Below, piece after piece: positions 18,679-28,600 of a stretch of 64,000 nt of DNA; position 1 is the stretch's first letter, and every line of letters starts with the position of its first letter. The stretch comes from an uncultured Haloferula sp. (GTDB lineage: Bacteria > Verrucomicrobiota > Verrucomicrobiia > Verrucomicrobiales > Akkermansiaceae): contig CBFGTS010000005.1 in NCBI GenBank assembly GCA_965652295.1, forward strand, positions 96,001-160,000. The letters run 5' to 3'. The position numbers and the translations under genes were made by a program. The notes under the pieces were generated by a model. The model did not search any database. It was not told where the DNA came from and was given only the letters and a program-made list of their open reading frames with translations.

Positions 18679-20015
18679 AACAAGCCCATCACCCGGCAGC
18701 GGTAGTCCATGTAGGTCTTGTAGTCACCGCTGAACCACACGACGTGGCGCTTCCCCGGATGGTTTCTCGCCACGAAGGGCCGCAGGTTGTCCTTCCGCGA
18801 GTGCGAGGTCACCGCCTCCCATTCAAATGAAGCGCCGCCGTCCTTGGTCACGCCGCGATAGATCTCGTAGCGATCGTTCTGTGCGAGCGGCACCTCGTCC
18901 TGCTGGAGATCGAAGGGCCGGCGCGCGTTGGAGGAAAGATAGACCACCGACGGATCCTGCGGGTCGAGGCAGATGCCACCCGCGTAGTCGTCCTCGTCCC
19001 GGTACTTCCCGCATCCGGCTTCGGCAATGAACCGGATCCGCCATTTCGTGCCATCCCAGCGCGCCCAGTAGTAGCGGATGCGGCTGTCCGGCCAGGCGGA
19101 GACGCGCCGGTCCAGGTCGCTTGGCTCATGCGGATGGAGCTGGAAAACGCAGACGGGATGCCCCTCCGCATCATACTCCAGATCCCACACCCAAGCCCGC
19201 CCGTTGGGCATTCCCGCGTCTTTCGACTCCGGGGTTTCGCCCTCGAAATACTGATAGATCACCGTGCCGCGCTCGCCGCCGTCGTGATCCAGCGGCAGCT
19301 CGTCCACGGTCGTAATCACGCTGCCATCCGTCCGCCGGAACGCACCGTCCTCATAGTAGATGTGATACAACGAGTTCTTCACGTTGCGCGGGTGGCCGTC
19401 CGTGTAGGCCAGGTCGATCCGTCCGCGGTCATTCGAGCTGTAGTGGAAATACGGCCGCACCGAGCCGCCGCCCGTCTTCACCAACGGCTTCACCTCCGCC
19501 CAGGTGCGACCCGCATCGTCGCTCGTCGTGTAGGCCGGGTTGAAATTGAGGCTCCGCTGGAAGTTCCACACCCGCTTCTCGTCCTTCAGATAGAAAGTGT
19601 TCGAGTAAGTCACCTTGTCCGCAACCTGCTCGCGGACCTCCTCGCCCCAGTCCTCGATCGATTTCGGCGCGTTCACCTCCGACCTGCGGTGGAAATAGAA
19701 TGGGTCCGCGATGTGGCGGGCGTACATCGCGAGGATCCTGCCGTCCGGCATCACCGTCAGCGACGGGTTGTTATGGTCGTCCCGCTGCCGGGCCGCATCG
19801 CCGCCCAGCACCATGTGGTGCGCCTCCCCGGAGCCGGGCGTGTAACGTGTGACTCCCACGGCTCCATCGCTTTTCACGTAGCCGATGTAGAAGTGCCCTT
19901 CATGAAAGATGCCCCGCTCGTCGTTGAAAAAAGTCCATGCTCCGTCGGGCGCGATCTCGACCGGCTTTGCCGTCAGCACCAACGGCAGCATCGCCGCCCA
20001 CAGACATCGTTTCAT
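18672..20015 (-). CDS. Secreted BNR-4 repeat (beta-propeller) protein, putative glycan-active enzyme
   Basis: Signal peptide; GAWTFF.D.R, DDHNNPS, Asp-boxes SDDAGRTW and TKDGGASF, RPY, TDGHPR. Confidence 0.8.
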   Translation of the reverse strand: MKRCLWAAMLPLVLTAKPVEIAPDGAWTFFNDERGIFHEGHFYIGYVKSDGAVGVTRYTPGSGEAHHMVLGGDAARQRDDHNNPSLTVMPDGRILAMYARHIADPFYFHRRSEVNAPKSIEDWGEEVREQVADKVTYSNTFYLKDEKRVWNFQRSLNFNPAYTTSDDAGRTWAEVKPLVKTGGGSVRPYFHYSSNDRGRIDLAYTDGHPRNVKNSLYHIYYEDGAFRRTDGSVITTVDELPLDHDGGERGTVIYQYFEGETPESKDAGMPNGRAWVWDLEYDAEGHPVCVFQLHPHEPSDLDRRVSAWPDSRIRYYWARWDGTKWRIRFIAEAGCGKYRDEDDYAGGICLDPQDPSVVYLSSNARRPFDLQQDEVPLAQNDRYEIYRGVTKDGGASFEWEAVTSHSRKDNLRPFVARNHPGKRHVVWFSGDYKTYMDYRCRVMGLFE

Positions 20016-20087
20016 GTCGGCACCTTGGGAACACGGTCACCCACTGTCAAACGAGCGGGCGATAGCCCTACAAAAGGGGGGTGGCGG

Positions 20088-23000
20088 CTATCGCTTCACC
20101 CGGCCGTGGCGGTGCAGCGTCTCGCTGATGGTCTGTTCATGGAAATAGCGCGTCAGCTCGATGCGGCCGTTGGATACGGGAGCGGCGGTGGCGAGGCGGA
20201 GGCCGAGATCCGCCGCAGCGAGCCGGATTTCCGGCGCGGCATTGACGACGCGCAGCGTGCCGTAGGTTTCCGGTTCGAGACGCTTCACGAGCTGCTTGGC
20301 CGTTTCCCTCAACACCCTGAACCCCCGCATCCAGTCGAACACCGGTTGGTCGGCGTCGAGCGAGAGATCGATCGCCTCCATGGGCCGACCTGTCGCCAAC
20401 GCGGCGGCCATCATCCGCCGCAGGTCGCGCTCATCCGGTGAGCGGAGAAGCACCCGGCCGATGGCACGGTAGCGGAAGACATTGCTCTCGCACGAGAGCC
20501 CTGACGGGTCGTGCCCGACGCCGAACTCATGCTCCATCCAGTAGGCATCGCTTTCCGCCGCCGGGCGGAACTCGTGGGTCGGATCGAGTTTCAGGAAACG
20601 CTCGACCTGCGGTGAAACCGCCGCCCTGCGCGTGGGCGGGCCCGCGTCCTCCCACATTCCGAACTGGGCGACGTAGTTCGGCCCTCCGGCTTTCGCTCCG
20701 GGACCGAGGCACGAGCCCTTCCACCCACCAAACGGCTGGCGACGCACGATCGCTCCGGTCATCGACCGGTTGATATAGGCATTCCCGACCTCGACCCGCT
20801 CGCGCCACTCGGCGATCTCGGCCGGATCAAGCGAGTGCAGACCACCGGTCAGCCCGAACGAGGAGTCGTTCTGAATCGTGATGGCATGATCGAGGTCCCG
20901 CGCGCGGACCAAGCCGAGCACCGGGCCGAAGCATTCGGTCCGCCGGAACCAGGCATCGGGCTTCACGCCCAGACGGATGCCCGGCGACCACAGCCCCGGG
21001 TTGTCATCCTGCGGCGCGGGCTCAAGCAGCCATGACTCGCCCTCGTCCAGCTTTCGCAACGCCCGCGCCAGCGCCTCGCCCGGCTCTCCGATCAGCGGCG
21101 TGATCACCGCGGCCAGATCCCACGAACCTCCGACTTTCAACGAGGCCGCCGCGTCGCGCAGCTTCCGGCGGAAGGCGGGATCGTCGTAGAGTTCCGCCTC
21201 GACGATCGCCAGCGAGGCCGCCGAGCACTTCTGCCCGGCATGGCCGAAAGCACTGCGCACCAGATCGCGCACCGCCAGATCCGGATCGGCGGCGGCCGTG
21301 ATGACCATCGCGTTCTTGCCGGAGGTTTCCGCGAAGAGCGCCATCTCCGGTCTCCATGAAAGGAACCGCCTCGCCGTCTCCTGCGAGCCCGTCAGCACCA
21401 CCGCGCCGACGCGCTCGTCCGTCACCAGGTCGCGGCCGAGCGGACCATCGGGACACGGTACGAATTGCAGCACCTCGCGCGGCACACCGGCCTGCCACAA
21501 GGTCTCGACCATCCGCCAGGCCGTCAGCACCGTCTGCGGCGCGGGTTTCAGGATCACCGAAGTGCCTGCCGCCAACGCCGTCAGCACGCCGCCGCACGGG
21601 ATGGCAAAGGGGAAATTCCACGGCGGCGTGACCACCACCGGCCCGCAGGGTGTGAAGCAGGAGCCATCGAACCAGCCCCCGTCCTGCCAACTGCGTGCAT
21701 AGTAGTTGGCGAAATCCACCGCTTCGCTGACTTCCGCGTCGGCCTCAAGGACCGATTTCCCGGCCTCCTTCACCATCGTCGCGATCGCCTCACCGCGGAT
21801 CGCCGCCAGACCCGCCGCCGCGCGCAGCAGTACCTCGGACCGCTCGCGGTGCGTCACCGCCCGCCAGCGCTCGCGGGCTTCGACGGCAGCTTCGAGTGCG
21901 GACATGATGTCCTCCCACCCCGCCTCCTGGTACTCGCACACCACGGTGCCGGGACGGGATGGATCGAAGGTGCGGGCCGTGGTCTTACCATCCTGGTGAA
22001 TGCCGCCGATCTGCAACGGCACCCTCGCTGCCGGGGCCTCGCGGGCGGCATCGACGACGCCACGAATCCAATCGACGTTTTCCTCCAGGGAGAAATCCGT
22101 GTCCGGGATGTTGGTGAACGGCTCTTCGGCGTCTTGCGGGGTCGGAGTCTCGACGGAGCGGTCCTGCTGGCGGGCGCTGCGCCACGGGGCGGTGGGGATG
22201 GCTTGGCAGGCGGCGACGAATTTCTCCACCTGCCTCATCCACGCGGCATCGCCGGGCGTCATGCCGAAGAGATCGCGCAGGAAATTCTCCGGCGTCGTAT
22301 TCTCATCGAGCCGGCGGATCAAGTAGGCGATGGCACTGGGAAAGTCGTCGTCGCCCACCACCGGAGCATACAGGTCGAGCCGCCCCGCCTCGCGATGCAC
22401 CACGCGGGCCTGATGATTCGCCATGCCTTCGAGCATTTCGAAGCTCACGCGGTCGGCCACCCCGTACTTTGCGCGGAGCAGCATCGCATAGGCAATGTCG
22501 AACAGGTTGTGGCTCGCCACCCCCACCGCGACGGCGGCCGCATTCTCCGGCCGGCACGCCTCCTGCACCATCCGCTTGAAGTTGGCATCGGTGTGCGTTT
22601 TCGAGCGGTAGGGTGCCAGCGGCCAACCGTGCCACTCGGCTTCGACCGATTCCATCGCCAGGTTTGCGCCCTTCACCAGCCGGATCCGGATCGGCGCGCC
22701 GCCGCCCGCCACCCGTTCGCGAGCCCAGCCGTTGAGGGCCTTCTGCACCGGCCATGCATCCGGCAGATACGCCTGCAAGACCAAACCCGCTCCAAGCTGG
22801 CGGAATTCGTCTTCCGACAGCACCTCGACGAACACCGCACAAGTCAGCCGCAGGTCGCGGTATTCCTCCATGTCCAGATTCACGAACTTCGGCGTCCCAT
22901 CCGCCTTCGGATGACGCATCGCGGCGCGGTAAAGCTCGCGAACCCGGGCCTTCAGCGCCTCGATCGTTTCGCGGTCGGCCACCGGGTGGATCTGGCTGTA

Positions 23001-23594
23001 GATCGCGGACAGTTTCACCGAGACCGCTTCACACGCGGGATCCGTCAGCCGGTCGAGGTTCGCACGCAGCCGCCGCTCCGCCTCTTCCTCACCCAGCACC
23101 GCCTCGCCGAGCTGGTTCAGGATCACCCCCAGCCCCGCCTCGCGCCGACGCCGGAGGTGGCGGGAAAGCGCCGCCGGTTCATCGCGCAGGATCACCCCCG
23201 CGCTCTCGTCGCGCAGTCTGTCGGTGACCTTCGGCATCACCAGCTTCGGAAACCATCCCGCGCCGCAGGCGCCCGCCATCAGAGCCAGCCGCGAGGTCCA
23301 CGGCAGGAAATCCGGCACGCCGAAACGCCCGATCAGTTCCCGGAAAAGCCGCGCTTTCCTGCGGGCCGTCGGCGGCCGGAACATCTCGTCCGCCATCGTG
23401 AAGGTGAAATCCTTGCCCGCCTCGTCCTCCATCATCCGGGCGAGCTGGCGGGCCTGCCGTTTCTCCGGCGGCCGTTGTTCCTTGATCGAGGCACCCAGCA
23501 ATCGCGACGCCAGCGCCACCACCTCCGCCGGGTCCACCTCCGGCACCGGCAGTCGCTCGACCGTCGTGTCCTCCTTCAGCAAGCCGCGTCCCAT
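20088..23594 (-). CDS. putA: Bifunctional proline dehydrogenase / L-glutamate-gamma-semialdehyde dehydrogenase
   Basis: NLDMEEY, LQAYL, IRLVKGAN, ASHNLFD, YLIRRLDEN (PRODH); PPWNFP, AETSGKN, AGQKCSA, ECFGPVL, RQPFGG (ALDH). Confidence 0.95.
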   Translation of the reverse strand: MGRGLLKEDTTVERLPVPEVDPAEVVALASRLLGASIKEQRPPEKRQARQLARMMEDEAGKDFTFTMADEMFRPPTARRKARLFRELIGRFGVPDFLPWTSRLALMAGACGAGWFPKLVMPKVTDRLRDESAGVILRDEPAALSRHLRRRREAGLGVILNQLGEAVLGEEEAERRLRANLDRLTDPACEAVSVKLSAIYSQIHPVADRETIEALKARVRELYRAAMRHPKADGTPKFVNLDMEEYRDLRLTCAVFVEVLSEDEFRQLGAGLVLQAYLPDAWPVQKALNGWARERVAGGGAPIRIRLVKGANLAMESVEAEWHGWPLAPYRSKTHTDANFKRMVQEACRPENAAAVAVGVASHNLFDIAYAMLLRAKYGVADRVSFEMLEGMANHQARVVHREAGRLDLYAPVVGDDDFPSAIAYLIRRLDENTTPENFLRDLFGMTPGDAAWMRQVEKFVAACQAIPTAPWRSARQQDRSVETPTPQDAEEPFTNIPDTDFSLEENVDWIRGVVDAAREAPAARVPLQIGGIHQDGKTTARTFDPSRPGTVVCEYQEAGWEDIMSALEAAVEARERWRAVTHRERSEVLLRAAAGLAAIRGEAIATMVKEAGKSVLEADAEVSEAVDFANYYARSWQDGGWFDGSCFTPCGPVVVTPPWNFPFAIPCGGVLTALAAGTSVILKPAPQTVLTAWRMVETLWQAGVPREVLQFVPCPDGPLGRDLVTDERVGAVVLTGSQETARRFLSWRPEMALFAETSGKNAMVITAAADPDLAVRDLVRSAFGHAGQKCSAASLAIVEAELYDDPAFRRKLRDAAASLKVGGSWDLAAVITPLIGEPGEALARALRKLDEGESWLLEPAPQDDNPGLWSPGIRLGVKPDAWFRRTECFGPVLGLVRARDLDHAITIQNDSSFGLTGGLHSLDPAEIAEWRERVEVGNAYINRSMTGAIVRRQPFGGWKGSCLGPGAKAGGPNYVAQFGMWEDAGPPTRRAAVSPQVERFLKLDPTHEFRPAAESDAYWMEHEFGVGHDPSGLSCESNVFRYRAIGRVLLRSPDERDLRRMMAAALATGRPMEAIDLSLDADQPVFDWMRGFRVLRETAKQLVKRLEPETYGTLRVVNAAPEIRLAAADLGLRLATAAPVSNGRIELTRYFHEQTISETLHRHGRVKR

Positions 23595-23702
23595 CGGTGC
23601 AGTATAGCAAATCCCGCGCCGGATGGGAGTGACGTCCATGCCACACAATACCCCTTCCGGATGCTTGCCGCGCGCTGGCCGGTTCCGCATGGTTCGGCGG
23701 TC

Positions 23703-25103
23703 ATGGCCTACCTCGACAACGATTTTTTCCTCCACTCACCCACCGCCCAACGCCTTTTCCACGAGGTGGCCAAGGACCAGCCGATCTACGACTACCATTG
23801 CCACCTCTCGCCCGCCGAGATCGCCAGCGACCAACGCTGGGACAACCTCGCCGACATCTGGCTCGGCGGTGATCATTACAAATGGCGCCTCATGCGTGCC
23901 AACGGCATCGACGAGCGGTTCATCACCGGCGACGCCTCACCCGAGGAAAAGTTCCGTGCCTGGGCCGAGACCGTGCCCATGACGCTGCGCAACCCGATCC
24001 ACCACTGGTCACACCTCGAATTGCGGCGCTACTTCGGCATCGATACCCTGCTCACCCCGGCCAGCGCCGACCGCATCTGGGAAAAAGCCAACGCCCGCCT
24101 CGCCGAAGCCGATTTTTCCGCCCACGGCATCCTGAAAAAATTCGATGTCCGGATGGTCGGCACCACCGACGACCCGGTCGATCCCCTCGACCATCACCAG
24201 GCGATCATCGCATCCGGCATCGCCACCAAGGTACTCCCCACTTTCCGCCCCGACAAAGCCTTCAACGTCGATCAGCCCGAGGCGTTCAACGCGTGGATCG
24301 ACAAGCTCGAAGAAACCACCGGGCTGGATATCTCCAGCCTTGGCGACCTGCTGGACGGACTCCACCGCCGTCACGACGATTTCCACGCCATCGGCGCACG
24401 ACTTTCCGACCACGGCCTCGAATCCTTGCCCGCGCTCGATTGCGATGACGCGCAGGCCTCGAACATCTTCGACAAGGCCCGCTCCGGAAAAGCCGCGACC
24501 CATGAGGAGCGCCAGCGTTTCACCTTTTACCTGATGGTCTTTCTCGGCCGCCTCGACGCCGCGAAGGGTTGGACCAAACAGCTCCATCTCGGTGCCGCGC
24601 GGAACGTCAACCCCCACGGCTTCGCCAGCCTCGGGCCCGACACCGGATACGACAACATCGGCGACTTCCAGCAAGGCCCCGGGCTCATGAAATACCTCGG
24701 TCGGCTCGCCTCCGAAGACGCCCTGCCCCACGTCATTCTCTACAACCTCAATCCCGCCGACAACTACCTCTTCGCCACCCTCTGCGGCACCTTCCAGGGC
24801 GGCGGCGTCATCAACCGCCTGCAGTTCGGCTCCGGCTGGTGGTTCCTCGATCAAAAGGACGGCATGGAGCTCCAGCTCAACGCTCTTTCCATGACCGGGT
24901 TGCTGTCCCGCTTCGTCGGCATGCTCACCGACTCCCGCAGTTTCCTCTCGTATCCGCGCCACGAATACTTCCGCCGCATCCTCTGCAATCTGATCGGAGG
25001 CGAGGCCGACCGTGGTGAATTGCCCGACGATTTCGACGCGCTGTCTCAACTCATCCGCGACGTCTGCGCCGGCAATGCCGCCCGCCAGTTCGGCCTCGGG
25101 TGA
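23703..25103 (+). CDS. uxaC: Uronate (glucuronate) isomerase
   Basis: PIYDYHCHL, GDHYKWRLMRANG, TTDDP, PTFRPD, GSGWWF, GMLTDSRSFLSYPRHEYFRR; true start at ATG 23703. Confidence 0.96.
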   Translation: MAYLDNDFFLHSPTAQRLFHEVAKDQPIYDYHCHLSPAEIASDQRWDNLADIWLGGDHYKWRLMRANGIDERFITGDASPEEKFRAWAETVPMTLRNPIHHWSHLELRRYFGIDTLLTPASADRIWEKANARLAEADFSAHGILKKFDVRMVGTTDDPVDPLDHHQAIIASGIATKVLPTFRPDKAFNVDQPEAFNAWIDKLEETTGLDISSLGDLLDGLHRRHDDFHAIGARLSDHGLESLPALDCDDAQASNIFDKARSGKAATHEERQRFTFYLMVFLGRLDAAKGWTKQLHLGAARNVNPHGFASLGPDTGYDNIGDFQQGPGLMKYLGRLASEDALPHVILYNLNPADNYLFATLCGTFQGGGVINRLQFGSGWWFLDQKDGMELQLNALSMTGLLSRFVGMLTDSRSFLSYPRHEYFRRILCNLIGGEADRGELPDDFDALSQLIRDVCAGNAARQFGLG

Positions 25104-25128
25104 GTCCGTCGCGGCCCGCTAACCGCGG

Positions 25129-25200
25129 AAACAAAAAGACTCCGCCCCGGGGATGACGAGCTCTCCCCCCAGATCGCCCGCCGTCTTGCCGGGACGGAGT
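25129..25200 (-). terminator. Hairpin followed by a U-rich tail on the minus strand (may also end uxaC transcription)
   Basis: ACTCCGCCCCGG (25139-25150) pairs with CCGGGACGGAGT (25189-25200, one mismatch); preceded on + by AAACAAAAAG. Confidence 0.5.
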
Positions 25201-25675
25201 GGGGCGACTATGCGGAAACTTCCCGCCGGGGCAATACCGATCCAATGCATTGAGCGAGAATGTGTTTCAGATAGCTCGACTGATCGGCGCCCCTAACTAT
25301 TTCTCTTGGAAACGACGGGGAGTCGCGGGTCCCGCGACCTTCCATCGATTGACAGGAAACGGCGGCGTGGTGACTCCCTGAGCACCCCGCCGCGGATGCA
25401 GCAGCATCCGCCGTTCTCCCGCTTTTTCTTCCCTCCCGCACCCGCTTCAGCCGCCGGGCGCAGGTCCCTTCGGTGCCCTCCCGCTGGGGGGGCAGCAGGC
25501 TTCGTCGCGGCGTCGAGGGTCCGGGGAAACGAAGCTCCAGCGGCCGGTTACCACGTTCACCAAACTAGCTCTGGCCTGACAGGAACCGCTTCATTCAGGT
25601 TCACTATCGATAAGCCCAGAGTGTTGGGAAAGCGGCTGCGCTTTTCCCATCACAAAACCAAAACCCATAAAACCT

Positions 25676-28600
25676 ATGAACAAGCACTTGTGCTCCGGAT
25701 CCGGGGCAAGACGAGGCATGCCTCTTTGCGGCGTGCTCTCCACACGGCGGGATGTTTCACGAACCCAGCGTCCCGGGTCGGCTGGAACACATGGACCTTT
25801 GGCATGGATGATCGCGACAGCTTGCCTGTCGATGGCTTCCGCCCACGAGACCAGCTTCAGCTCGACGATGTCCTACTCCGCCACCCAGCCCTCCGGCGGT
25901 GCGGCGAGCGTCTCGAACTGGACCGGTGCCGCCTTCGACGCCGACAACATCGGCGGCTCCGGCGTCAATGCCGACGGCGGCTCCGACAACGGCGCGGCCA
26001 ACGACGACTTCACCTATGTGGCGAACAACCGGCCGGTGCAGGGGCAGAGTTTCCTGACCGGGAGCGCCACCCACGGCTACGAACTCCACTCCGTCACCGC
26101 GCGGATGGCCGGCTATACCAACAATACGGCTTCCGGGTCGAACGTCACTTCCTGGAACCTGAACGAGCACACCGGTCCGATCCTCCTGACGGTCGTCGAA
26201 ATCAGCGGCACGACCCGGTCGATGATCACCCGGCAACTGTTCAAGGCCGGAAGCACCGGAACTCCCGGTTCCGGCACCAGTGTCAATGGCTCCGGCGACC
26301 ACATCACCTTCGAGCTCCCGTTCACGACTCACCTGAAGCCGAACACGACCTACGGCTTCGAAATCGCCATCGGCAATGGCAGCAGCAACCATTTCGAGTG
26401 GCTCGGCACCCGCACCGATCCCTACGCCGACGGCACCGCCTATCACTATTCGGGCGACACCATCACGCCAGTTGCCGGCGACCATGTGTTCCAGGCGGAC
26501 ATGACGGCCCTCGCTTCGCCGCCTCCGGTCTTCGCCCACCCCGGAACCCTCCACACCCAGGCCGATCTCGACCGCATGAAAGCGAAGGTCGATGCCAGCG
26601 AGGAACCGTGGAAATCCAGCTTCGACACTCTCGCCGCCAGCCCGTGGGCCCAGACCGGCTGGCCCGCCTACAACGTGGACTACATCGTCCGCGGCGGCAG
26701 CGGCAACAACTACACCCGCTCCCAACAGGACGCCCAAGCCATCTATGAGCTCGCCCTGCGCTGGCACCTCACCGGCGACACCGCCTATGCTGACAAGGCC
26801 GTCCAAATCGCCAATGTCTGGTCCGACCTGGTTGGCATCCAAGGCGATACCAACGCCTCCCTGGCCGCCGGTATCTGCGGCTACCTCTTCGCCAGCGGCG
26901 GCGAACTCCTCAGCACCTACTCCGGCTGGCCCGAAGCGGAAAAGCAGGCCTACAAGGACATGATGATGCGGGTCTTCTATCCGCGGAATCTCGACTTCCT
27001 CTGGCGCCACCACGACACGCCCTTCACCAAGGGTGGTAACTCCCACTACCGTCTCAACTGGGACACCGCCAACATGGCTTCGGTCGCCGCGATTGGAATC
27101 CTCTGCGACAACCATGCCGTCTATCAACAAGCCGTAGACTACTTCAAATATGGCACCGGCAACGGCCGCGTCGAACGCGCCGCTTGGTATCTCTTCCCGG
27201 ACGGCACCTCGCAAACCGAGGAAAGCGGCCGTGACCAAGCGCACAACCTCGGCGGCTGGCACGCCATGGCCCTGCTCTGCCAGATGGCTTGGAACCAAGG
27301 CGAAGATCTCTTCGGCTACGATAACAACCGCGTCCTGCGTGCCTTCGAATACAACGCAAAATTCAACCTCGGTAACAACGTCCCTTGGGTCTTTCACCGC
27401 AACACCACCCTGGACTACACCGAGACCCTCACCAGTTACTTAAGCGGCATCGGTCAGTACTATCAGTACGAGCTGGTCCACAATCACTACGCCAACGTCA
27501 AAGGCGTTGCCGCGCCTTGGAGCAAGCTCGTGATCGATGCCACCCGCCCCGAACCGCGTCCCAACCCGAGCTTCCACCCCTCGCAGGTGGACTGGTTCGG
27601 TCTCGGCAGCCTCACCTACGCCCGCGATCCCATCGCCGCAGGCGTCGCTCCCAGCGGCCTCGTGTCGAACTGGAGCAAGAATCAGGTGGTTCTCAACTGG
27701 TGGGGCACCGCCAGCGCCACCGGCTATGAAGTCAAGCGCGCCACCTCCGCCGGAGGTCCCTACACCACGCTCGGCACTGTCACCGGCGCCGACCTGAATT
27801 TCACCGACACCTCGGTAAGCAATGGCGCGATCTACTACTACATCGTCACCGCCAACACGCCGTCCGGCGACCTCGACAGCCAGCCCCTGGAGGTGAAGCA
27901 GTCGCTCGTCACCCACTACTCCTTCGAAGGAAACGCCAACGACAGCGTCGGCACCCGCCACGCAGCGCCCTTGGGCGGCACCACCGCGCCCGGCTACGCC
28001 ACCGGCTTCGGCGGCGGCCAGGCCATCTCGCTCAATGGTTCCGATCAATACGTCCAACTTCCCGTTGGCAGCGGCAACTATCAGGACATCACCATCGCCA
28101 CCTGGGTCCGCTGGAATGGCGGAGGAAACTGGCAGCGCATCTTCGACTTCGGCAGTGAAATCGAGAAGAGCATGTTCCTCACGCCGTCCAAAGGCGGGAG
28201 CATGGAATTCGCCATCAGTACCTCGCGTTTCTTCGATGGCACCGGCAGGCTCAACGGACCCGTGCTGCCGACCGGCCAGTGGGTCCACGTCGCCGTAACC
28301 CTCAACGGCGACACCGGCACACTCTACGTCAACGGCCTTCCGGTCGACGCGAAACCCATTGATGGCGTCGATCCTCTCTTCGCCCAACCCTTCTGCTACC
28401 TCGGTCGCAGCATGTGGAACAATGACTCGCATTTCAACGGCCTCATCGACGACTTCCGCATCTACAACCACGCGCTCTCAGGCTCGGAGGTTTACACGTT
28501 GTGGGGGCAAAGCTCGAACAATCCTCCGGCCTTCACCACCGATCCGATCGACAAGTCCGCCGCGACCGAAGACAGCGCCTACACCGGCCAAACGATTGCC

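Noticed and set aside
21465..23702. Apparent 746-aa N-terminal extension of UxaC in the ORF track
   Set aside because: It is an antisense shadow of putA in high-GC DNA; UxaC similarity starts at ATG 23703.
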